A DNA stretch of 57,112 bases, counting the filler, from Platydemus manokwari (lineage: Eukaryota): assembly GCA_037951405.1 (NCBI GenBank). It is 5 parts of 5 records of this genome, joined end to end, with 100 filler letters (N's around TTAATTAATTAA, not from the genome) between each part and the next. Parts side by side here need not be neighbours in the genome. Positions count along the whole stretch, not along the records: positions 35,471 to 45,159 come from JBBMOY011217544.1; positions 45,260 to 57,112 come from JBBMOY010429999.1; 3 more parts are not named here. One strand, given 5' to 3'. The notes under the pieces were generated by a model that did no database searches, was not told the origin of the DNA, and was given only the letters and a program-made list of their open reading frames with translations. A program made the translations under genes and the position numbers. This document shows positions 39,561-50,551 of this stretch, piece by piece (the first letter of the stretch is position 1; each line of letters starts with the position of its first letter).

Positions 39561-40699
39561 TCAAGGTCTAAATATAACAGTGTGCAGGTAAAGTGAAATT
39601 CTTAATTCTTTGAATTTATTTAATCACAAGGGTCACGATTTCGGATCCTACCATAACTGATGAGGAATTTTATGAGGTTCAAATCACTCGTGTTTTAAAT
39701 GAATTAGTTACCATGACTAAGTTACCAATCATTTGAAATTTTCCTTGGTTACGGACACTTCTGTAATTGTATTTATTGGAACCAATAATTATTAATAAAA
39801 CGAGATAATTAATAATTTAGAAGTCAATATAATATAACCTACCAAAGGAACCAATAGATGTGAAATGAGAACAAAGTTTAAAAAAATGATATTAAAACCA
39901 TCCAGCTATCTATGATATAAAGCCAGAATGAGATATATTTCAATGAACCTGATGCAACCAAGACGTTTGCATGCATATCTTACAATGAAATCAAATAAAT
40001 AACACTCTGTAATATCGTGTTCGAGATTGATTGATGTTTTGTCTTTGTTGAATTTTTCACTGAATAATTACATTGTCTTCCTCTTTTGGATTTGTCAGTC
40101 ATTTTTCTTTGAAATCGCCAACTTGTTTCTTCAATCTTCTTGTTCTTCAATTCAATAAATAACAACCAAATAATCCAATTTTATGATTCATAAATACACC
40201 AATCAAACTTTTTATAATTCCCTTCAATGCAATACCAATCAAAACGATGGCTTAAATAATCAATAATTCAATAAACAAATCGATTATCAATAAGTTTTAA
40301 TATTTATTGATTTTGAATATATTGTGTGAAATGTTGAATTTGATTTTTGAATTTTAATTCTTTGTTATCAACAACCCAAGCATATTATTTTGTTTAAATG
40401 TATTCAGGAGACAAAGGAATAACCAATGTAATTATACTGTCAATTGATTAAATAATTTTGACATAAATTGCGAATCAATTAAATGGACTAAATACACTTC
40501 TGATTTTACTTCTATCTTTGGCTTGACACGTAATTATTATTATGCTGACATCATCATTAATAGAGTGCTTCTTGACCAATAGCGTTAATTTCTCTAGTAA
40601 TTTACCCAGTGCGAAAGAAACTCTACAAGTAATATTATGTACATTTATAGTAATATTTCTATTAAACTTATCCGTCATTATTAAAACTTATCTATTCAG

Positions 40700-40743
<44 letters not shown>
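40700..40743. repeat. (TA)n(TG)n microsatellite
   Basis: Directly visible; it produces the spurious CVCVCV ORFs. Confidence 0.9.
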
Positions 40744-40759
40744 ACATCATATTCGTCGG

Positions 40760-43360
40760 TCTTCAGTAAAGACGCCTTCTAGGGAATTCGATTACGTTGC
40801 AGGATTCCTATTTCTGGTAGACTTTTTAGTTCTCTCGCCAATGTTGGATAGTATCTCCTCTTTTGAGTCACCATTTATGTTGATAATTCGTGGGAATATT
40901 GCCATTGGTTATAGTATTTTCTTTGTTTCACTAACTGAGTCTTATTATGCTTCTGCACTTCTTCTGAATTCTACAATCACCATATGGACATCTTGCCCAA
41001 ACTCACAGTGAACAATAACAATACATATCACTTCAACTATGGATAAATTGGGGAAGAAAATGTTCTCTTTATTTTCATACTGACGCATAATTCAGATATC
41101 GATGTCGATTGAAAATTTGGAAAAATAAACTTTGATGGCTAGTAAAAACCGGTTCCCTTTTTCGTAATTACTGATTGCAATTTAGTTTTATTTCTTCCAT
41201 TAATTGGTAAATATCTTTTCGCCAGCCTGGCTAACGAAATGTGTTTTGACAACTCCTGTTGTTTTTTCTATCTTGTCATGTCCTATTTTTTATGAATAAT
41301 TTGAACACGAGTTTTAATATCACATCGGAGTACTATATACCGATAAATTCTTTATCTTATAGTTAATGCCTCACCTCTAATTCTCATGTATTCCTTCTTA
41401 TTCTACAAATTTTTGTTATGTGGAATTTTTGATCAATCTATGGCACTTCTGGATTTAATACCATTTTCAGTTCTTTATTTTTATTCTTATCCAAAACATG
41501 CCTTGTTCTACTTTACACAAAATTTGCGCATCTTCGTCACAAGATTCTTCAGATTTTTCATAGTCCACCTTTATATTACGACTTTTTTGTGAATTTTGGT
41601 GTTTTGTAGAGCATTTTTCACAATGAAGAAATCGTAATATTGCATCTACGTTGATATGTTTTTTCCTTTACCTATATTATATTTCCATTACAAGTATTTT
41701 CAGCTCTGTTTTCCAAATACAATATTGTAATGTGTTTGGAGAATCATAATTCAGCAACTATTTCAGAGCTACATCCATCGGTTCTGACAATAGACTTCTT
41801 ACCATAGAAGTAATTCTTAAATTTTTCAACAAACACACATATGGCTAGCAACTCTTTCTTGTTATACAAGATTTACGCTGCGCTTTTGTCAGTTTTATTG
41901 GTGCGTACGTTATCTTTCGTTTTTTATCGTTTTTTATTTGAGAAATAATAGCACCGAAAAATGCATGTGAAGTAAACTTAGAACTGGTGGCTAAATTAAT
42001 TACGTTTTCAATTTGTGAAAAGATGCAGTTGCTAAGTCATTCCACCCGAATTTACTCTTTTTCTTCAGTTATTGGTATAGTGGTAAGCTAATACCAACGA
42101 AATATATTATAAACATATCTATAATAACCACATAATCCCAGAAATTCCTGTAGTTCCTTTACACATTAAAGTTTTTATCAATTTTGTATTACTCCTAGCT
42201 TGTACTCATCTGTTTGTATGCCGTGTTTATCACTCACATGTCCTAAATACTTAATTTCGTTTTTAAGAAAAAACACTTTTTGAAACCATTTTCAGACCGG
42301 CCGAATCGATTTCATTTAAAACTCTTTCCGCCCTTTCATTGTGTTTATCCAGATAGATATGTTCGGTTTTCAGTCTTCAAAACGACATTCGCAAGTTTCT
42401 GAATGGTGATGATGGTTTTTGAAAAATATCTGGCGCTTTGTACAGTAGTAAATATTTCTTCGGAAATAGATACAGGAAAAATTGGTCTGATCTCCTCATT
42501 TTGTTTGAATCATCATTCTTCATTAGTCTATTGACTAAATCTTCTCTTATTACATTAAGTTCAGCTCCCGTCTCATTTTCAACCTAGCATGGTGACTAAT
42601 AGATTTATTTTTTGCCTTTTTCCTCAATTGGTTATGACCTTATCTACTTTTATCAACATTCTGCTTGGTTTAGCTCATTATCCATTCACAAACTCTGCAT
42701 AATTGTTCTCGATCGAATTGAATTGATAGTGCCTAGATTTTCTTGTCTTCACTAGTTTCCAGTCACCCATATCTAACATATTACAATTTTTCTCAGAGAA
42801 TGTATCTAAGCTCAAGACATTGTCATCTTCCGTCGTGATACTTCTTTCCTTGGTATTTAAATATTTGGCATCCCTGACATCTATTTGACGGAATCTTTGG
42901 AGATGCGGATCATCACTTCGAAAGCATCTGATAGTCTTACAAAAAGATCATAACGTTTACACTTTTTTGTTTGCGTCCTCTAGTGTTTTCTCTTTCAATT
43001 TGTGTTTTGTAGAGTTTCGGAACTATTTCAATTTTACAACGTATTGAACCTTAGATTTTTAGTCTTGAATCTCCCAATAATGTCCTTTTAGTCTGATTTT
43101 ATGTGTTTTAGGTCCCACGGCATATCTAGATCTTCGGATTTTCGTTTCTGATATCCGTTTCTTACTTGGTATGTAGTGAAGGCTTCATCTATATTCTTGG
43201 GATACAATTGCTTCATCCTAATTTATTGCTCTTGTTAAGAAACTATTATATGAAAATCTTCTCGAAAACCTCTTTCTTTCTTTCAAATTTAATCCCGACC
43301 ACGGAAATATTAATTCTTCCTGACAAATCTTTGATTGATTTAGAAGGGCGTGAATAAAGT
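40760..43360 (-). mobile_element. Degenerate Gypsy/Ty3 pol (RT, RNase H, start of integrase)
   Basis: FFLKNEIKYLGHV, VKELQEFLGLCGYYR, SHAFFGAIISQ and KELLAICVFVEKFKNYFYGKKSIVRTD, with stops and frameshifts. Outer boundaries are approximate. Confidence 0.8.
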
Positions 43361-43848
43361 GATCTGATCACCATATATGGTGATATTACTGACTTTTTTC
43401 TTATACAAATGAACAAGAATGTTTTTGATTGAAGATAAATCGCTTGTTTAATTTAAATGGGATTTCCTCTCAGACTTTAAACCAGAATCGATTTTAATTT
43501 AATAAAATCTTGCTTTTCAAATTTTTAAGTATTTACATTGCTTGTATTTGTGAAATTCTTCTACATCTTATATGCACATATATCACAGCTATTTACTCCA
43601 ATTTATCGTATTAATTGACCATGACAGTCTTTATAATTCCATCATTGGTCTAATTATATAACATAAATTTCAAAAATTTATCTAAGAATAAATTAAATAG
43701 AATAATTAAGAAAATTCAATTAATAACCAGAAAAATCACCAATCAGATTTTGGTAATAATTTGGTAATAATTTGCATAATAATAATGAACAAAATCCGTA
43801 ACATTTTCATATTCATTCAATTTGAAATACAATGAAACTGGATATCAG

Positions 43849-43989
43849 ATGTGATATAAAATATGATATATGATACGATATACACTGTGATATACAATGT
43901 GATATACAATGTGATATACAATGTGATATACAATGTAATATACAATGTGATATACAATGTGATATACAATGTGATATACAATGTGATAC
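43849..43989 (+). repeat. 12-bp tandem array (TGTGATATACAA)x8 with degenerate flanks
   Basis: Units at 43886, 43898, 43910, 43922, 43934 (TGTAATATACAA variant), 43946, 43958 and 43970, plus a partial unit at 43982. Confidence 0.95.
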
Positions 43990-44155
43990 GTAGATATCGA
44001 ATCCATCAAAATCAAACAAAACAAACTATTTCAAATTTATATTCGTCAAATAATTATATTTAATTTATAATTATAACCAATAGAATTATAATTAAATATT
44101 AAATATTCTTTTGTTTTATTCTTTTAATTATTGATTAATTGTTTTATTTAAAAAC

Positions 44156-45028
44156 ATGACTCACATTGAATTGTTTCAAATGCATGGTGAAAATATTGTC
44201 TTTTTCAATCAAAGGTTTTCCGTTGGAAAATTATTAAAACACAATTTAAATGGTAATAAAGTATTTGAAGCTGTTGATCGTTATCATGACGATCAATCAG
44301 TTATTGTCAAATTTATGCCAATGAAATCTCTCATTTATGTACCACATTTTAATCAATCGATAAACAAAGAACACTTTTTTCTACAGCTTTTAAAACATAC
44401 ATCATTGTGTCCACAGATTCAAGCATATTTTCAGAGTCCTACAAGTTGTCATGTTATCATGGAGAAATTATCAAATGAATGGATAAATTTTCAAGATATC
44501 GTGTTGACAATATCTATTAAACGAATAATGATGAAAATATTGAGAAATGTGGTGAATATTGTGATGGAAATGAATAAGATGGGTGTTTTCTATATGGATA
44601 TCAAACCAGAAAATATGATGATCAATATCGAGACTTTTGATGTGAAATTTATCGATTTTGAAGATGCAATTTATCAACCGAATATTAAAAACCCATCTCA
44701 TTCCGGATTGATAGGTACCACTGGATTCTGTCCTCCGGAAATATTTACATCTCGATCATATGATGTGAGAAAGTTTCAAGTATTCAATATTGGATGTTTG
44801 ATATATTATTGTTTGGAGAAAAAACTTGCTTTCGTTAATAAAAGGCAAACAATTGATTTGAAATTTAATTTCAGTGAGAACATGACAGAAGAAGAAAAGA
44901 TTCTGATTGAATCATGTTTTGATCATTGTTGCTTAGCTAGACCTACAATTGAAGAAATTTCAAAAAGTAAGACTTTCCATGACGATGTTGAAGAGAAATT
45001 GTCAAATAGTTTGTGCCATATCATGTGA
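44156..45028 (+). CDS. Intronless atypical Ser/Thr protein kinase (PIM/CAMK-like), 290 aa
   Basis: VIVK (beta3 Lys), KEHFFL (helix C Glu), YMDIKPENMMI (catalytic loop), FIDFEDA (DFG variant), IGTTGFCPPE, VFNIGCLIY and ARPTIEEI. AATAAA at about 45047. Confidence 0.88.
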   Translation: MTHIELFQMHGENIVFFNQRFSVGKLLKHNLNGNKVFEAVDRYHDDQSVIVKFMPMKSLIYVPHFNQSINKEHFFLQLLKHTSLCPQIQAYFQSPTSCHVIMEKLSNEWINFQDIVLTISIKRIMMKILRNVVNIVMEMNKMGVFYMDIKPENMMINIETFDVKFIDFEDAIYQPNIKNPSHSGLIGTTGFCPPEIFTSRSYDVRKFQVFNIGCLIYYCLEKKLAFVNKRQTIDLKFNFSENMTEEEKILIESCFDHCCLARPTIEEISKSKTFHDDVEEKLSNSLCHIM

Positions 45029-45082
45029 TTGATAATAATATTATTGAATAAATTAGTTTTTAATAAATTTTGCATTTTTAAT

Positions 45083-45107
45083 TAACAATAATAATAATAA
45101 TAATAAC

Positions 45108-45159
<52 letters not shown>
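45083..45159. repeat. (AAT)n microsatellite at contig end
   Basis: Directly visible; runs into the spacer. Confidence 0.95.
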
Positions 45160-45259
45160 NNNNNNNNNNNNNNNNNNNNNNNNNNNNNNNNNNNNNNNNN
45201 NNNTTAATTAATTAANNNNNNNNNNNNNNNNNNNNNNNNNNNNNNNNNNNNNNNNNNNN
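45160..45259. other. Artificial contig-joining spacer
   Basis: 44N-TTAATTAATTAA-44N. Confidence 0.95.
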
Positions 45260-48200
45260 TTTATTTGATTTTTTATTTCTCAACTTTCTTTAAGACTTGT
45301 TTGTTTTTGTATACTCGAGATTGCGGGTGTTACTGTATAACTTATCCATTTCTTGAATTAGAATTTTCCACTTAAGTTTCTGTGATTTGTTGGTTAATAC
45401 GCCTGTATAGTTGTGTAGGCATGGAAATGCTTAAAGTGCTAAAATAACAATTTCAAAGTCCAAAAACTTTTATCTTTAGTGAGATTTCGTCTCTACTCAT
45501 ATATATATATATATTTTCTATTTAAAATATAAAATCAAGTTTAGTGTGTTTAGAATTAAAAAATTAAAATATCAGAACTGAAAAAGAATGTTTTATTAAC
45601 GAAAGGTATTTTAAAGGAGCTTTAATACATGCTACTTATACAATAACCTAATTAAATTTACAAAATTAAAACTATTTTCCAACGATGTATTTATGAAACA
45701 GTAGATGCTAAAAGTTGCTTTTGTAATTTTCGAGAAATAATACATTACAGAATCATAAATGTCTACAAAGCACAGAAGATTGGAAAAAATTCAATCAATA
45801 GAAATATGTTACCACTACTAGTGGTTTTGGTTGCAGACTAAATCTATGCTAACAATCCATATCAGACCACATTCAGAAGAGTATATATTTTAAAAAGATA
45901 TGCTAATACATCACTCATGGTTCAATTATTACAATTGGATTTAAGTGTTGAAGGTAACCTATTCATCTTGAAAAATGACTTTTCAAATCACAAAAATAAA
46001 TCAATGTCACTTATCTCAATAAAACAAGCTGTGAAAATTCAATCAATACAACTCAAATCAAATCCACTCAAAATTGTTTTATTCTGAATAAGAAGTCAAA
46101 GCAGACAAGCCCAGGTTTATCAATATGATAAAAGTTAATCATAAAATTTAAATAGTTGACATTATTTTATGACTATTTTATGTGATAAATGAATTTTTGT
46201 GAATTACCCGTTGAATTTGACAGAATTATTTCATTTCATATATCAAAAAAATTATAACACCACTTATTTATATTTGCATGCATAAAAACAATTATTTTAA
46301 GTCTAGTCGAATAATTTAAAAATACGTGATCTGGACGATTAATTTACGAGGTGATTTATAATAAATAATGATTGTGGCGTAATGAATCTTATATTAATAT
46401 AAATAAATTAGCAACATTAATGCCATTAATCATTAAATAATGATAATAAAAAATATTAAAATAATAAAAAAGTAATATAGGCATATAATAAAATAGTAAA
46501 CAAAGTCACTTAGTAGTTACCAAAAATACTCAAGAAAAAAAATTAAAATAGTGATAAGAACCAGATGAAATAAGAGATAAGAACAAGAAAAGAATACAAT
46601 AAGGAAAATACACAACTATGATTAATCAACAGATAAAAATAGCAACCAAATAGTTGCGGTACAATTCAAAAGAAAAATATATAAATAGTTGAAATGATTA
46701 TCAGATGCGTGGTGATTTAGAAAATGTATATAAGCATCACAACTCATACAATAAACTATTACAAATCAATTGATTCTAAAATATCAACGCATTAATAGAA
46801 TTTGGCAGTCAAATGACACACCTCAACAACCAGTAGCTAATATGCTAAAGACATGGGAATTTGAAGAAAATCTGACGCTAAATTAGTCTTCAAAAGGTCA
46901 TAACAAATGAAAAGAGAAAGTGTAAGACAACAGTTCAACACACTCGACAAGTATATAATAGAAGTTTAATCTTTAAGGACGCCGCTAGCCTTTAATGGTT
47001 ACCAAACTCTGTATTTTTTATCTTTCGGGTTCTAATCCCATTGCGATACGATATCTGACCTTTGTTTTCTGAGTTACCTTAATTTATGATTGTGATTTTT
47101 GCAAATTGACGTTTTCATTTAAAGTGTTAATTAAATTGATACCTGTCAATTTCTACTTTTGATATTAACTGTTATTAAATAATCTAACACATAAACAATT
47201 AAAATAAATTTGAGAATAAAAGTCTGTTATTACTCCATCATATAAACAAATAATTATAAAATTATTTAGAAATCCAGATCTATAGTACGTTGATGTTAAA
47301 AATTTATATTGTAACTGAAAAAGCCAAAATCAAGACCAACCTAACTATCCAGACTCGAGTCACCTGAGAGGTAGATATGGATATTTAACATTTATTCTTT
47401 GATCATTGAATTCTTATATAATTCTTTGATTTAATGTCAATTATTTATATTTTCCTTCTTGGATTCAGTACATTTTTATAAGGTGATATTGATAATTTTC
47501 TTCAATTGGTAAAAAAATTTTCTTATTACGCCGTATCATTTTAAACATTAAAATTGTTAGATTCTTGTTATATCATTCAATAAAGACATATTATATTTAG
47601 CTATAATTTTGTTTTTTACCACATTGGATTTGAAAAATCATAGCTAAATTTATCAGAAAATTATAAAAAACTAAAAATAACAAAAATAAAAATAGCTGTT
47701 GGATTGAAATCCATATTAATATAAAAATTATTAAAACCCAACATTGATAAAACCCATCATCATATTTTTTGGCTGTCCTGGGGACATTACTGATAAGCTT
47801 CTATGTTTTTGTCAGTCAGTTTTCTCACCTATCTATTAGCGATTATCAATAACTAAAGAACCATGTGGTTATGCATCGATTACCGAAAAGTTAATAAATT
47901 TATAAAATGATGAATCGAGTTAGAAGCATTCACGGTGTGTACTTGTGGGAATGGCATCTAGAAATATATCGACATACTGTTCGTTCTTAAAGAGTCAATT
48001 GCCATCTTTCTACGGATAATGAACGTCATTCCTACGGATATACACTACCCTTTTGTGTACATTTTAAATGTTAGTGGACATGATGAATAACTAATTGATC
48101 AAGAGGTAATGTTATAGAAAGTTATGGCTACTCAAGAAAGACTAAAATCGATTAACTGCTAGTGAGTACAAAAGACCTAAAATACATGGATTAAGTCGAC

Positions 48201-50013
48201 TAAGAAATAAGCTGGAATAAAAATTCTCAAATTCAAGAATAATATGTTTGACGTAAGCAAGGAAATCTAAATAACCAGCGAAAAAGATCCTGAGATAATA
48301 GACAACTGAGCCAGTCACCGAATGTCAGCAAAAGCAACTCGATATGTGGCATTGTCCTAAATATGACACTAATTTGACATTGAGATTTTTTAACTCTTTA
48401 AGCTCTTTCCGTCGGTATACCGGTGGAAGAAAAAATATACATCACACCTGGTCACCGGTATACCAGTGAGGAGATACATGTTATATTATAAACATATTAT
48501 AAACATATACAATATCATATTCATATCTTCTGTGGTTATTATTTTATAGGCAGAAACGCGACCAATTCCAGTTATTTGCTTATTCCGGCTCAGGAGCTCA
48601 GGCAGGAGGATAAAAAATACCTCAGGGACTCAGGGTCAAAAAGTTATATCTTTTTTGTGTTCCTGTATGAAACATTTTTGTGACATTAGAAGGATTTTAA
48701 ATGTTTAGACGAAAATAAATTTTCTTTTATAAATCTTTTAAATTTTCAAGGTAAAATCTTTAAATAGGGGAAGATAATAATAATTATTTACGTAATAAAT
48801 ATAAAACACAATACATATTTAAAATTTCAAAAACCATTAAACATAGAGACAAAATTTATTAAGGAACTTTAATAGATAATACAAAGAAATTTTTAATTTT
48901 TCTAAAGGCTTTAATTAAGGATTTCAACAATATTAATTAAACTTTGCTATAAACTTTCCTCAATTCGCATTAACGATGCACAAGATAAACCGTAACAAAT
49001 AGCAAATATAATACAAGAAAGGAAAAAGGACAAACCAGAAAAGAACAAAGAAAATCAAACAACGCGATCGGGTAGTCTGTCGGAAAACATAACCACACAA
49101 AAATTAAAATCAAAAGTTATTTTATTAATACATTCTTGGCATAGTTTCATCTTTTGGAGAATCAACCTTATTTCATTGCCGAAATGAAAAAAAACCCAAA
49201 CATTTTTCAAGTATTAGTCTAGTGATTTCTTTTCAGAAACTAACCACAATCTTTGAAGAATTATTATGATATAATCAGGTAATTGTTTCTCATTTTTGTG
49301 GACAGTATTTTGTAAGTGCATAAGTTTAATCACTAAGATATTTTTTAACAAAATTAATTATTTGTTTTTAGTTTAATTTACGTTTAAAATCTACAAGCAA
49401 TAAACACACTTATATATCAATGTAAATTTCTTTTTAAATATAATTTACAACCACTCAAAACACAATTTGGTTTACTGAAATGTTATGTCTAATTAATACT
49501 AAATAATTGTTGGATATCTTTGATATTTTTACGCGGTTTTACACTATAAAATGAAGTAAAATTTTAAACCAATAAAACGAATTTGTCATGCTAACTTGGC
49601 AGATTTTTTTTAGAAAATATTGATGATTAACTTGAAACGAAAACGTTGAATTCTTATAGCGTTATTGTGAAAGTGATTGAAGTGTTTTTTTGATGTGTTT
49701 AAGATTATAATATTCTGTTTGTAAAACTTTAAAGCATAATGACACACCACCAATAAAACGTTAGCCACTCTTAATGAAAAATTTGATTTAATTTTAACTC
49801 ATGTAACATCTAACAACATTTGATTTATCTTAATAATTTCAAGAAAAAAAAATTATTTAAAATTTAATTATGATTTACAAAATAAAGTAAAATCAGCATA
49901 GTTGAAAAAATTTATTTTATGGTCATGATTTTAAGCTTATAATTAAAATTTTATCCATTGAATTTAAAATTAAATTATCATTATTAATATTAAAATAGAA
50001 ATAAAAAATATAC

Positions 50014-50340
50014 CCGGATGAAAATATTCTACAGTGATATCAATCAGTAAATTCCGCTTGTAAAAGAATCCTTTGATTTTAAATAGTTCACCTTGAGAAA
50101 CTTCATGATAAAATCGTTCGATTAAATTCATTAAAAAATATTGGCGTGATCCAAAAGCGTCTTTGTTATTTGGCACTGCATCATAAACGTCAATAAATAT
50201 TCCAATTTCTCCTAAAGTCCGTAACATTATGTTAACCAGAATTAACTCCGTTTAAATATACCGGTTTTCCTCTCAAAAGTTGGGCGAGTGTAATCCTTTT
50301 CCTCAGGAAACGGTGATTCCTTGAATTCATCTAACATCAT
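50014..50340 (-). CDS. First two exons of an unidentified gene immediately downstream of SMC4
   Basis: Exon 50340-50262, a 50-nt GT-AG intron, and exon 50211-50014 join in frame: MMLDEFKESPFPEEKDYTRPTFERKTGEIGIFIDVYDAVPNNKDAFGSRQYFLMNLIERFYHEVSQGELFKIKGFFYKRNLLIDITVEYFHP. A GT donor follows; later exons were not located. Confidence 0.55.
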
Positions 50341-50551
50341 ACACAAACTGAATGATAAATTGAATACTCAGACAAAAACAACATAATTGCTGACGCAGGT
50401 AAATTAAGTAACAAGTGTCATGACAACCATCTTATTAAATTTCTGCTTGTTTATTTTTGTGACAAGCGATATCATATATTTATAATAAATACAAAAGATA
50501 TAGAACAATTTATTACACAATGACAACAATATACAAATTCTTTTTAAATTT

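Noticed and set aside
43813-44063. ORFs with (HCIS)n and (NVIY)n repeats, or a CRISPR-like array
   Set aside because: These are translations of the 12-bp minisatellite. There are no unique spacers and no cas genes, and the context is eukaryotic.
48388-48470. piggyBac-like end (TTAACTCT) with repeated CGGTATACC palindromes; also GGGTC..GACCC near 37610
   Set aside because: No matching opposite terminus or transposase was found.
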